Shown here piece by piece: positions 44,478 to 54,360 of a stretch of 64,000 nt of DNA. The notes beneath the pieces were generated by a model. That model did not search any database. It saw only the letters and a list, made by a program, of their open reading frames with translations, and was not told the origin of the DNA. Position 1 is the first letter of the stretch; each line of letters begins with the position of its first letter. Source of the stretch: a bacterium (GTDB taxonomy: Bacteria > Patescibacteriota > Dojkabacteria > SC72); NCBI GenBank assembly GCA_021108295.1, contig JAIORF010000005.1, positions 8,531 through 72,530 of the forward strand, in the 5' to 3' direction. Both the position numbers and the translations under genes were made by a program.

Positions 44478-44819
44478 CTATGTCCCACTAATATTAAGAT
44501 CAAAAACATTGGAGATTAGAAGTAGTATTGCTACTGAAAGAAGTATAAATACTAAACCAACCACAGCATTCGTAATCATCTCCTTCGCATCATTAAGCTT
44601 CTCTGGATTACCCTGACTTGTAATCATCTTAAGACTAGCCCCTACTATTAAAAGGATAGCCACAATCCCTGCCAAAGGCATCGCTATCTTTACAATTGTT
44701 CCTACGATATCACCGACACCACTCTGCCCTTCTAATTCAGTAACCTGATTGAGAGTATCAGACAGTGTACTAGCATATACTTTTGTAATTATTCTATTCA
44801 TATCTCGTATTATACACAA
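44478..44819 (-). CDS. TrbC/VirB2-like pilin-family protein, paralog 5.
   Basis: LLIVGASLKMITSQGNPEKLNDAKEMITNAVVGLVFILLSVAILLLI. Separated from paralog 4 by 2 nt. Confidence 0.65.
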   Translation of the reverse strand: MCIIRDMNRIITKVYASTLSDTLNQVTELEGQSGVGDIVGTIVKIAMPLAGIVAILLIVGASLKMITSQGNPEKLNDAKEMITNAVVGLVFILLSVAILLLISNVFDLNISGT

Positions 44820-44996
44820 TCTTCAAGATTAACTAAACCGTAGAGTTATCACAAACCATTTTCAGTTAAGAAAGATGTATAGTGCAAAAGTACAAGCAAG
44901 AAGTGCTAAACCAATTGCACTCATTACCAATATTCTTACTAACTTATCCGCTCGAGGCTTTTCTTCTTTCATCTTTTTAATATATATATTAGATAC

Positions 44997-45866
44997 TTAC
45001 TTGGCTAACTTCTTCATCATCTTAATTTCCTCTTCCATTGTATCATTAGTTTTGAGTGCAGGAGTTTCTAGTATGAATGGGATATTCTTAAACTCTTTCC
45101 TATGTAAAATCTTTTTTACAGTTTTAATCCCCAACTCCCCCTCCCCTAGATTTGCATGCCTATCTTTGTTCGATGAGAGTTTGGTCAAGGAGTCGTTAAG
45201 GTGTATTGCCTTAACATTTGACATTCCCAATTCTCTATCCATATCCTCGATTACACTGTCCATTTCATTCACCCAATCATATCCTGCTACATATGTGTGT
45301 TGTGTGTCCATTACAAAACCCACTCTTTTCTTGTCTTCTACACCTTCTCTCATTAGTTTTAATTCTGTAAAGCTTCTACCCAGATTCTTACCCGTTCCCG
45401 CTGTTGTCTCTATCAGTAGCTTCTGTTTACCTTCTACCTTTTCCAACACCCAGTTCATACCGTAAGAGATTCTTTCAATGCTGTCTTCGTATGAGAGTTC
45501 TTTTTGGGATCCTGGATGGAAGCATACTCCCAATATTTCACAATCAATATTGTTTTTCTCAATTAGTTCCCCTACTCTTTCTGCGAAGTCTAGGTATATG
45601 ACTAATCCCATCTTACTAAGGTGGAAGAGTTTCTTGTCTTTTCTAGCTAAATTGGTTAGATATATTCCATGTAGTAATATTTTCTTTAGATTGGATGTTT
45701 TGAGTTGTTCTACAAACTTTTCAATGTTTTCTTGGGGTATTAGTTTAATAGCCCATCTCATTGGTGGTGTAGGCATCATTTGTATTGTATTGATGTTGTA
45801 CTTGTCAGCAGTTTTAATTGCATTTTCTATTCCTCCTGCTGTTGATACGTGTGCTCCTAGATACAT
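44997..45866 (-). CDS. nfo: Endonuclease IV (apurinic/apyrimidinic endonuclease).
   Basis: MYLGAHVSTAGGIENAI..., HGIYLTNL, CFHPGS, LLIETTAGTG, FVMDTQHTYVAGYD, AIHLNDS, DRHANLGEGELG. These are the canonical Nfo metal-binding motifs in order. Confidence 0.9.
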   Translation of the reverse strand: MYLGAHVSTAGGIENAIKTADKYNINTIQMMPTPPMRWAIKLIPQENIEKFVEQLKTSNLKKILLHGIYLTNLARKDKKLFHLSKMGLVIYLDFAERVGELIEKNNIDCEILGVCFHPGSQKELSYEDSIERISYGMNWVLEKVEGKQKLLIETTAGTGKNLGRSFTELKLMREGVEDKKRVGFVMDTQHTYVAGYDWVNEMDSVIEDMDRELGMSNVKAIHLNDSLTKLSSNKDRHANLGEGELGIKTVKKILHRKEFKNIPFILETPALKTNDTMEEEIKMMKKLAK

Positions 45867-45941
45867 ACCTTTATTTTAGCTTTGATGCATAGAAAATACA
45901 AATTGGATAATTAACAAACGTTTGATATAATACAGACGTAT

Positions 45942-46033
45942 GGAGAGGTGCCTGAGTGGTCGAAAGGAACTCACTGCTAACGAGTCATAGGTGTTACAGC
46001 CTATCGCGGGTTCGAATCCCGCCCTCTCCGCCA
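45942..46033 (+). tRNA. tRNA-Ser, anticodon GCU (type II, long variable arm).
   Basis: GGAGAGGTGCCTGAGTGGTCGAAAGGAACTCACTGCTAACGAGTCATAGGTGTTACAGCCTATCGCGGGTTCGAATCCCGCCCTCTCCGCCA. Acceptor GGAGAGG/CCTCTCC, anticodon loop CTGCTAA. Confidence 0.85.
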
Positions 46034-46037
46034 ACAA

Positions 46038-48374
46038 TTACTTCCTTATCTTGCCTACCCGCCTCTTCAAAGAACCCGCTACTGCTCTATATTTCTTAAT
46101 AATTATTGATCCCCCAGATGTTAAATCTACAACACCCGCTAGAACAATAGTAGAATCTAAAGCCCCCTTTATTGTTTTATAATTATCAATCTTATACTCA
46201 ACCTCTTTTAACAATGTCATCTCTTTCCTCTCCAGTAGGTTACGATCCTCGTCATATGCACGAATCTCTATTATATTCTCCCCTGGTTGAAGATGTTTAC
46301 CTATCTTACTAATTGAGAAACTCATCTCCCAATCTTCCGTATTTGCATAAACAGACGCTATTGTGTGGTCTTCAAGCTTAGCAATTATCCACACCTTCTC
46401 AAACGCAAGGCCCTTTAACTGCATCGTATCTCCATCTTCAATATCTATCTCAGCGATATATATATCAAAAACCTCCTCATATTCTTCTAAGGTGGTATCC
46501 ACTACCTCCTCTTCGTCTTCATCCTCGTCATCACCTGATTGTGTGCTTGGAGGAACATAAGTGTCATCGTCATCATCATCTGGATCATCAGCAGTACCTG
46601 TACTGTAAACAAGTTCTATAGAATCTATCTCAACCTGTTGCGTATTATCCGATGTAAGAAACGCTCTGAAGTAGAAATCTCCAGTACCTACCGAACTATG
46701 GAATGTTGAAAGGTTGGAAGATATCTCACTAGCCGTACTTGCCTCAGAAGGGGATCCTTGTCCTGTCTCTTTACTCCATTGAAAACCATTCCAGTAGTAC
46801 CACTCTATACTATCCTTAGATATCTGATATCCTACCTCTCCCTCATTGTTCGCACCCAATACTTCTGTAAAGGATATAAGTTCCGCATATGCTGGACCTG
46901 CATTGTTTGAGACTTCAGGGCTAGATGTCGAGTAATGATCTGGACCTATTGTTACATTCTTTAGTTCTGGTGTGTAAGAAGAATTGTCTGTTTCAAAATA
47001 TGCTTTGTATTGGAAATATCTATTATCCGAGACATTCGTTAGATTAAAACTTGGTGTACCAAGAGTTGGATTGGATAATTCGTCGTAGTAGTCTCCTGTC
47101 GTACCATCAGGTCCAACAAAATCCCCTACCAAAGGGTCTGCGTCCCCACTTCGCACCTGAAGTTTAAGTCTTACTGCTCCCCTTTTGTAAATATTCAGTA
47201 TCTCAGTTGCGGATAGACTTCTGTTCCAAACTGCTACCTCGTCTAATGTTCCATAAAAGGTGGTACTCGCTACATTAGCATACCATCTACCGAGAACTGT
47301 ATCTATCTCAAGAGGATATAGGGTCATACCTGTTTGAGTGTCGGTTTGTTGTATACCGTTGACATAGATATACATCGTCCCATTGTCTACAACTCCTACT
47401 ACATGATACCAAGTTCCTGTAACTGCTGGATCATTTGAAAATACTGTCCAGTACGAAGGATTGTTTTGACCTACAAAAAAGGTCCATCTCTGATCTGTCC
47501 ATTTCCCCAATGTAGTACCTCTTCTATTACCAGTCGAATTACTTCCACCATACATTCCTTGATAGCTACCCAAGCTATCTAACTTAACCCAAGAAGACAC
47601 TGTTATATCCCCTCCAATTTGTAGACTACTACCACTCCCACAACTAATAACATCATTACCGTCGAAACCAATAGCTCCTCCCAATTTCCCTGATTGGGAG
47701 TACAATGCTCCATTGTAAGTCCCACTATTCCCCTGTCCACTTGAATCCACTATCGTTCCACTTGCTTCATTCATATGCATTAAGAGTACATTACCACTCA
47801 TATTTGCATTGCCTGTACTGTATGCTGTCTCTGTCTGAGCATTACTAGGAAGCTCTTTGTATATCGGTCGCTGTGGAATCCAAGACATATTACCCCATTC
47901 AGTACTACTATCCACATCAAATATTCTTGATACAAAATTTCCACTACCACTTGTCTGTCCAGCAGATGTTAACTCTACCCACTCACTCCCACTAGCCCAC
48001 TGAGTATCAGAATGTGTCCCTGCTCCAAACCCGCTCTGTGTGTCATCAGAATCTATCTGATCAGATGGTATTAACTTTGTAACTCCACTAGATATTTCTG
48101 TAATCGTATCGTCTGACAATGTGTATTTAGACGAATCCGAGAAATCCCATTTCACTATTCCACTTTCTACGCCCAATATTGTTCCATCTACCTCCAGTAT
48201 GGAATAACTCTTTTCTTCTCCAAATACAGGTAGAAGAAATCTAAAGAGTAGAAGTATCACAAGGAAACTTGTCAACAGGATAGGTAAAAGGAATATGTTC
48301 CTCTTCAAGTTTTGTATTTTTGGTTTTAAGCTCTTAATTCTTTCTATCATCTTGTTTTCAATCTCTCTATACAA
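46038..48374 (-). CDS. Membrane-anchored LamG/concanavalin-A-like lectin domain protein with a poly-Asp/Glu tract (778 aa).
   Basis: TM IFLLPILLTSFLVILLLF. LamG_3-type core GAIGFDGNDVISCGSGSSLQIGGDITVSSWVKLDS...WYHVVGVVDNGTMYIYVNGIQ...LDEVAVWNRSLSATEILNIYKRG. Acidic tract DDPDDDDDDTYVPPSTQSGDDEDEDEEE. Confidence 0.75.
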   Translation of the reverse strand: MYREIENKMIERIKSLKPKIQNLKRNIFLLPILLTSFLVILLLFRFLLPVFGEEKSYSILEVDGTILGVESGIVKWDFSDSSKYTLSDDTITEISSGVTKLIPSDQIDSDDTQSGFGAGTHSDTQWASGSEWVELTSAGQTSGSGNFVSRIFDVDSSTEWGNMSWIPQRPIYKELPSNAQTETAYSTGNANMSGNVLLMHMNEASGTIVDSSGQGNSGTYNGALYSQSGKLGGAIGFDGNDVISCGSGSSLQIGGDITVSSWVKLDSLGSYQGMYGGSNSTGNRRGTTLGKWTDQRWTFFVGQNNPSYWTVFSNDPAVTGTWYHVVGVVDNGTMYIYVNGIQQTDTQTGMTLYPLEIDTVLGRWYANVASTTFYGTLDEVAVWNRSLSATEILNIYKRGAVRLKLQVRSGDADPLVGDFVGPDGTTGDYYDELSNPTLGTPSFNLTNVSDNRYFQYKAYFETDNSSYTPELKNVTIGPDHYSTSSPEVSNNAGPAYAELISFTEVLGANNEGEVGYQISKDSIEWYYWNGFQWSKETGQGSPSEASTASEISSNLSTFHSSVGTGDFYFRAFLTSDNTQQVEIDSIELVYSTGTADDPDDDDDDTYVPPSTQSGDDEDEDEEEVVDTTLEEYEEVFDIYIAEIDIEDGDTMQLKGLAFEKVWIIAKLEDHTIASVYANTEDWEMSFSISKIGKHLQPGENIIEIRAYDEDRNLLERKEMTLLKEVEYKIDNYKTIKGALDSTIVLAGVVDLTSGGSIIIKKYRAVAGSLKRRVGKIRK

Positions 48375-48423
48375 AAAGGTAACTCTTATAGTTTCCCATT
48401 ATATCCATTTTTATTGGATTTGA

Positions 48424-50784
48424 CTATTTCTTTTTTACACGCCGTTTTGGAAATTTAAAACCTTTCTTATAATTCCTAACAAGAAATGCCCCTCCAGATG
48501 CCATATCAACACTTCCTATAAATATAAGGGATATATCTAGACTGTCCTTTATCGTTTGGTAATGGTCAATTTTATAATCCTCTTCTCCAAGTATTGTCAC
48601 TTCTTTACTATCTAATAGATTCCTTTCCTCGTCGTATGCGTTTATTTCAATTATATTCTCCCCAGGTTCTAGATTCTTCTTTATATTATCAATTGAGAAG
48701 TTCATCTCCCACTCCTTTGTATCTACAAAAGTCGCCATTATTGTCTCACCCTTGTATTTTGCCACAATCCACACTTCCTCGTATGCAAGACCTTTAAGTT
48801 GAATTTCTCCGTTATCATCCGAATTCAATAGTGCCATATATATTTCAAACTTATCTTCTTCTACTTCTGGAGTAGTTTCTTCCACTTCCTCCTTTTTGTC
48901 CGACGTTGTTTTTTGAGTAACATAGACAATCTTTGTATCATCAGACTCCTCCTCTTCCTCCTCATCATCATCTGGTGGAGGATCAGCAGTACCTGTACTG
49001 TAATTTAGTTCTATAGAATCTATCTCAACTTGTTGTGTACTATCCGATGTAAGAAATGCCCTAAAGTAGAAATCTCCAATACCAACTGAACTCTGAAAAG
49101 TTGAAAGGTTGGATGATATATTACTAGCTGTACTTGCCTCAGAAGGAGCACCCTGCCCTGTTTCTTTACTCCACTGGGTACCATCCCAGTAGTACCAATC
49201 TACATTGTCATTAGATATTTGATATCTTACTACTCCCTCATTGTTCGTACCCAAAACTTCTGCAAAGGATGTTAACTGAGTATATGCTGTTCCTGTATTG
49301 TTCGAAACTGTAGGACTAGAGGGGGTGTAATGGTCTGGCCCTATTGTCACATTCTTTAGTTCTGGTGTGTAAGAAGCGTTGTCTGTTTCAAAATATGCTT
49401 TGTACTGAAAGTATCTATTATCTGAGACATTAGTTAGATTAAAACTTGGTGTACCAAGAGTTGTATTGGATAATTCTTCGTAGTAGTTTCCTGTCGTACC
49501 ATCAGGTCCAACAAAATCTCCCGTAAGAGGGTCTGTATCTCCACTTCTTACCTGCAGCTTGAGCCTTACTGCTCCTCTTTTGTAAATATCAAGTACTTCA
49601 GTTGGAGAAAGATTTCTGCTCCATATTCCCGTTTCATCTATTACCCCACCGAATAGGTATCCATTTCCAAAACCAGATGACCCTATCTTCGTATTTGCCA
49701 CCTTGTTGTTAAAGGCCGCAGAGGATAGTGGGTATGTATTTACTTCAACCCCATCTACATATACTCTTGCTGTTGTACCATCCCAAGAGTTTACAACATG
49801 ATACCAAGTACCAATTTGAGCATTTATCCCAGTAGCTCCTGCCATATATCCTGGTCCTGAACCAGCTCCAATTGTAGCTACAATTTGGTGAGAACCTGAT
49901 TCTAATCCGATAAAGAAAACAGAAGAACCAACAGAAGTCCCGTCATTTCTATGGAGCATAGTTATCCAAGCTCCTGGGAAAGAGGTTGCTTTCCACCATG
50001 AACTAATAGTCATAGATGTGTAATCTCCATCTGCTGTATTTCCACAATCAACATAGTCATCTGTCCCATCGAAACCAATAGCACCTCCCAATTTCCCTGC
50101 TTGAGAGTATAGAATCCCATTGTAAGTCCCATTGTTCCCTTGTCCACTTGAGTCTACTATTGCTCCACTTGATTCGTTCATATGCGTCAGAAGAATATTT
50201 CCACTCATATTTGCATTACCTGTACTGTATACTGTCTCTGTTTGGGCATTACTTGGTAGCTCTTTGTACATAGGTCGCTGTGGGACCCAAGACATACTCT
50301 CCCAACTTGCACTACCTCCCACATCAAATATTCGTGACACAAAATCTCCACTACCATTGGTCTGCCCAGTAGCTGTTAATTCTACCCACTCACTTCCACC
50401 GTTCCACTGAGTTTCAGAATTGGTACCTGCACCAAATCCACTTACTGTATTGTCCGAATCTGTTTGATCCTTTTGTATAAGTTTTACAATACCTCCCGAT
50501 ATTTCCGTCGCAATATTGTCAGAGAGTGTATATTCAGAAACCTCTGAGAAATTCCACTCCACTGTTCCACTTTGCACACCTAATATTGTCTTCTCCATAT
50601 CCAATATTGAATACTGCATTTCCTTTCCAAGGACTGGAAGAAGAACTCTAACGATAGATACAACCACAAAAGAAACCGTCAATGCAATGACTAAGGGAAG
50701 TGTCTTTTTCTTTACAACCTTCTTTTTAACCCTTCTACTCTTAGCTTTTGTTTTCTTCACTTTTTTCGTCAATTCTCTAGTCAA
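48424..50784 (-). CDS. Tandem paralog of the preceding LamG/concanavalin-like lectin domain protein (786 aa).
   Basis: Same architecture: GAIGFDGTDDYVDCGNTADGDYTSMTISSWWKAT...WYHVVNSWDGTTARVYVDGVEV...TGIWSRNLSPTEVLDIYKRG. Long blocks are near-identical to the paralog (YKRGAVRLKLQVRSGD.DPL.GDFVGPDGTTG.YY.ELSN.TLGTPSFNLTNVSDNRYFQYKAYFETDN.SYTPELKNVTIGPDHY). Acidic tract PPPDDDEEEEEESDD. Confidence 0.75.
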   Translation of the reverse strand: MTRELTKKVKKTKAKSRRVKKKVVKKKTLPLVIALTVSFVVVSIVRVLLPVLGKEMQYSILDMEKTILGVQSGTVEWNFSEVSEYTLSDNIATEISGGIVKLIQKDQTDSDNTVSGFGAGTNSETQWNGGSEWVELTATGQTNGSGDFVSRIFDVGGSASWESMSWVPQRPMYKELPSNAQTETVYSTGNANMSGNILLTHMNESSGAIVDSSGQGNNGTYNGILYSQAGKLGGAIGFDGTDDYVDCGNTADGDYTSMTISSWWKATSFPGAWITMLHRNDGTSVGSSVFFIGLESGSHQIVATIGAGSGPGYMAGATGINAQIGTWYHVVNSWDGTTARVYVDGVEVNTYPLSSAAFNNKVANTKIGSSGFGNGYLFGGVIDETGIWSRNLSPTEVLDIYKRGAVRLKLQVRSGDTDPLTGDFVGPDGTTGNYYEELSNTTLGTPSFNLTNVSDNRYFQYKAYFETDNASYTPELKNVTIGPDHYTPSSPTVSNNTGTAYTQLTSFAEVLGTNNEGVVRYQISNDNVDWYYWDGTQWSKETGQGAPSEASTASNISSNLSTFQSSVGIGDFYFRAFLTSDSTQQVEIDSIELNYSTGTADPPPDDDEEEEEESDDTKIVYVTQKTTSDKKEEVEETTPEVEEDKFEIYMALLNSDDNGEIQLKGLAYEEVWIVAKYKGETIMATFVDTKEWEMNFSIDNIKKNLEPGENIIEINAYDEERNLLDSKEVTILGEEDYKIDHYQTIKDSLDISLIFIGSVDMASGGAFLVRNYKKGFKFPKRRVKKK

Positions 50785-50879
50785 AAGATTTTAACCTATA
50801 TAATTATCCATTATACCCATTTCTGTTACATAATGTCGAAAGTTTTTCCCCCACACAAAAGATTTGATATACTTCTCTT

Positions 50880-52589
50880 GTGAATCCTCTAAAACATCTT
50901 AAAAAATATATAACCAAAAAAGAATACCTCCTGATAATGGTTGGAGGTTTTTTCGCACTAATTCTCGCCCACTCTGTAGAACTTCTCTTCCCAACTCTAG
51001 TGTCTCAAGTCCTTGATCAATATAATATTACACAAACAATAGATAGTAAATACTACCTCTATACATGCATCATACTTCTGATAGGTACGACATTCACATA
51101 CCTAAGCACATACCTAAATGCACTCTTAGGGGAAAAGATAGGACAAGATCTTAAAAACAGACTCTTTAGAAAAGTCCTCAAACACAACTACTCCTACCTA
51201 GTACACAACAAGCCCTCCAAAATATTGACTGTAATCAACAGTGACACCATATACATCAAAAACACCTTCGCACAATCACTTGGGTTGATACTCTCTTCGA
51301 TATTCTTACTAATAGGAAGTGTAGTATTGATGTTCTCTCTAAACTCCCAACTAGCGACAATAATTGTAATTGCAGTTCCTACTGTGATAATCATTCTACT
51401 ACTACTCATCAAAGATAAATTCAAACTCTTTAAAGTTGTTCAAGAATTAAGAGATGCCCTCAACAAGATTACTAGTGAAAATATTAAAGCAACTATGCTT
51501 GTAAAAGTTTTTGTGTCTGAAAAAACAGAAATTAAGAAATTTAAAAAGGTAAACCAGAAAAACAAAGATATCGGATTAGAAATCAATCGCATTTTCTCCC
51601 TTGTAGTACCAATTGTAAATTCTCTGGCGATAATAGCTACAATGATAATAATATACTTCGGTGGAAAACAAATAATCTATGGTGATATGACAATAGGAGA
51701 AGTGACTGCATTCAATACCTACGTACAGCTCTTCACACTACCAATCCTAATGCTTGCTCTAATGACAGCAATGATAGGACAAGCAATAGCTTCTCTTAAA
51801 CGTATAAATGAGATTCTGAGTGCTCCAGTAACCTTCAAAGATGGGAAATTAGCAGTAAAGAAACTTGAAACCTTCGAAGTAAAAGATCTCTCACTTAAAA
51901 TTGAAGATACCGAGATATTAAAAGGTGTAAACTTTGAAATAAGGAGAGGAGAAAAGATTGGGATAGTCGGATTAACAGGATCTGGGAAAACAATGTTTCT
52001 AAAACACTTACTCCGAGCATTAGAACCAACCTCTGGAGAAATACTCCTAAACAAACATCCTCTGAGAGATTACAAGATTAAAGATGTTAGAAACATTACA
52101 GGATTTTCTTTCCAAGAGAACTTCCTTTTTAACTCCTCCGTCCTAGACAATATTAAGTTCGGGAGAAAAATACCAACAGAGAAAGTAATGCAAGTCGCAC
52201 AAATAGCAGAGGTCGACAAGTTTGTAAAAGATATGCAAGACGGCTACAACAGTAATGTAGGAGAATTAGGGGGAAATCTCTCTGGTGGAGAGAAACAAAG
52301 GATAATGATAGCTAGAGCATTAGCAGGAGACCCTCAACTACTCGTACTAGATGACGCTACAAGCAGATTAGACATAGCTACTGAGGATAAGGTGTTTGAA
52401 AATATTAGAAAGAATCACAAAGACATCTCTATCATCCTCGTTGCCCAAAAGATCTCTTCTGTAAAAGATTGTGATCGTATATATATTTTCGATCAAGGGA
52501 AAATAACAGAATTTGGTACACACGAAGAATTACTTAAACACTCTGTTCTCTATCAAGAAATAGAGCTCTCACAAAAAAACTATGGATAA
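50880..52589 (+). CDS. ABC transporter, fused permease/ATP-binding subunit (type I exporter, half-transporter A).
   Basis: Six-TM N-terminal domain, Walker A GLTGSGKT, ABC signature LSGGEKQRIMIARAL, Walker B LLVLDDATS. Confidence 0.9.
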   Translation: MNPLKHLKKYITKKEYLLIMVGGFFALILAHSVELLFPTLVSQVLDQYNITQTIDSKYYLYTCIILLIGTTFTYLSTYLNALLGEKIGQDLKNRLFRKVLKHNYSYLVHNKPSKILTVINSDTIYIKNTFAQSLGLILSSIFLLIGSVVLMFSLNSQLATIIVIAVPTVIIILLLLIKDKFKLFKVVQELRDALNKITSENIKATMLVKVFVSEKTEIKKFKKVNQKNKDIGLEINRIFSLVVPIVNSLAIIATMIIIYFGGKQIIYGDMTIGEVTAFNTYVQLFTLPILMLALMTAMIGQAIASLKRINEILSAPVTFKDGKLAVKKLETFEVKDLSLKIEDTEILKGVNFEIRRGEKIGIVGLTGSGKTMFLKHLLRALEPTSGEILLNKHPLRDYKIKDVRNITGFSFQENFLFNSSVLDNIKFGRKIPTEKVMQVAQIAEVDKFVKDMQDGYNSNVGELGGNLSGGEKQRIMIARALAGDPQLLVLDDATSRLDIATEDKVFENIRKNHKDISIILVAQKISSVKDCDRIYIFDQGKITEFGTHEELLKHSVLYQEIELSQKNYG

Positions 52590-54351
52590 AGATTACAACC
52601 TAAACAAAGATGAAAAAGTGAATACAAAGAAAGGTCTCTCTCTAATAGTTCGTCATTTCAAACCATACCTCTACACACTAATCCTAATATCTTTCGCACT
52701 CCTCGCTTCCAACATTTTGGGTGTTGTTTTAATCCCTAAGCTTGTTCAAAGAGCAATAGATATAGATATTGCCAACAAGGATATTGATGGACTCTTAAAT
52801 ACTGTCACTATAGCACTCTTTGTCCTAATTTTCACAGCTATAGCTAACTATATAAGAGTAAGAACCACAGGAATCCTCTCTCAAAAGGTCCTTTTTAATA
52901 TAAGAGCAGAAATATTTAAAAAGATTCAAGAGTTACCAACACAGTTTGTTTCAGATAATCAGACAGGGGACATAATACAAAGACTTACAGGGAATGTTGA
53001 TGGTCTTAACAAGTTCTTCTCAGAAGGATTAGTTCGTCTCATGAACATAACTTTTATGATGATCACTGTGCTCGTAACAATCTTTCTCCTTGATTGGAGA
53101 ATAGCTTTAATATCCTTACTTTCTACTACAACAGTATTTCTCTTCCTCCTCTTCCAAGGGAAATTCCTAGAAAAACCCATCAAACAAGCTTTAGATAAAG
53201 AAGGTATGGTAAGTGCTAAAGTACAAGAATCTTTAGACGGATTTCTCCCTATTCAATCAAGCAATCAACAAGGTAATTGGTCTAAACAGTTGGAAACTCT
53301 CACAAAGAGCTACTACAAAACCTCAAAGAGAGTTTCAGCTATATCCGCAAGTGCAGACACCTTTATCACAATGATGAGTATCCTTTCTGTTGGTACTACC
53401 CTCCTCTATTCTCTTCACCTCATGTCCGCAGGGATTGTCACTTTGGGTATGGTCGTCCTTTTTAATGCATACTCTCGACAGCTTTTTAGTGGCTTAAACA
53501 AAATCTCCTATATTTGGCAGAATATTAAAACGGGATTAGCCTCAGCTTCTAGATTGAGTGAGATCTTGGAATTAGAGAATAATATTTTTTCTCCCAAGAA
53601 GGCATACTCTCCAAAAGAAATTAAGGGAGAGATAGAGTTTAGGGATGTAGACTTTGGATACAACAGTAATGATGTTGTACTCAAGGATATCAACTTTGTA
53701 GCATATCCTGGCAAAACAATAGCTATTGTCGGTCCTACTGGCGGTGGTAAGACTACCTTCGTAAACCTCATTGCGCGACTCTATGATGTTAAGAGTGGAA
53801 AGATTTTAGTAGATGGTACAGATGTAAAGGATTGGGATTTAGATACTCTCAGAAAAGGTATTGGTTATCTAATTCAAGACACTTTTCTTTTTGAAGATAG
53901 TATATTGAATAACTTGAGGTATGATAATCCGAGGGTAACAGAACAGGAGGCTTTAGATATGTTTAAGTTCTTAGGTGTTTCCCCTTTTATAAAGTCTCTG
54001 TCAAAGGGTCTTCATACAAAGATAGGGAGTGATGGGGATGGTCTTAGTTCTGGACAGAGACAGATTATCGCATTAGCAAGAATTCTTCTTAGAGATCCTA
54101 AGATATTAGTTCTTGATGAGGCTACAGCTAGGATAGATACAAAGTCAGAGAAGTTGCTTCAGGTAGCTATAGAGAAGGCTATCGAGGGTAAGACTACTTT
54201 TGTAATTGCACATAGGTTGAGTACCATATTTAATGCAAATCACATCATATTGATAAAGGATAATACAATTTTGGAACAGGGTAATCATAAGCAGCTAATA
54301 GAACAGAAGGGTTTCTACTACGAGATGTATTCTAAGTTTGCGGGTGATTGA
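52582..54351 (+). CDS. ABC transporter, fused permease/ATP-binding subunit (half-transporter B). Overlaps the upstream partner by 8 nt, giving a heterodimeric exporter.
   Basis: Walker A GPTGGGKTT, signature LSSGQRQIIALARIL, Walker B ILVLDEATA, H-loop AHRLST. Confidence 0.9.
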   Translation: MDKDYNLNKDEKVNTKKGLSLIVRHFKPYLYTLILISFALLASNILGVVLIPKLVQRAIDIDIANKDIDGLLNTVTIALFVLIFTAIANYIRVRTTGILSQKVLFNIRAEIFKKIQELPTQFVSDNQTGDIIQRLTGNVDGLNKFFSEGLVRLMNITFMMITVLVTIFLLDWRIALISLLSTTTVFLFLLFQGKFLEKPIKQALDKEGMVSAKVQESLDGFLPIQSSNQQGNWSKQLETLTKSYYKTSKRVSAISASADTFITMMSILSVGTTLLYSLHLMSAGIVTLGMVVLFNAYSRQLFSGLNKISYIWQNIKTGLASASRLSEILELENNIFSPKKAYSPKEIKGEIEFRDVDFGYNSNDVVLKDINFVAYPGKTIAIVGPTGGGKTTFVNLIARLYDVKSGKILVDGTDVKDWDLDTLRKGIGYLIQDTFLFEDSILNNLRYDNPRVTEQEALDMFKFLGVSPFIKSLSKGLHTKIGSDGDGLSSGQRQIIALARILLRDPKILVLDEATARIDTKSEKLLQVAIEKAIEGKTTFVIAHRLSTIFNANHIILIKDNTILEQGNHKQLIEQKGFYYEMYSKFAGD

Positions 54352-54360
54352 AGTTCGAGC

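Noticed and set aside
44875-45465. 196-aa + strand ORF opposite nfo; also 45478..45879 and 45404..45601.
   Set aside because: They completely overlap the well-supported endonuclease IV gene on the other strand. Low-complexity hydrophobic translation. Spurious.
45991-46182. 63-aa ORF overlapping tRNA-Ser(GCU) and the LamG gene 3' end.
   Set aside because: Overlaps a confident tRNA. No support.
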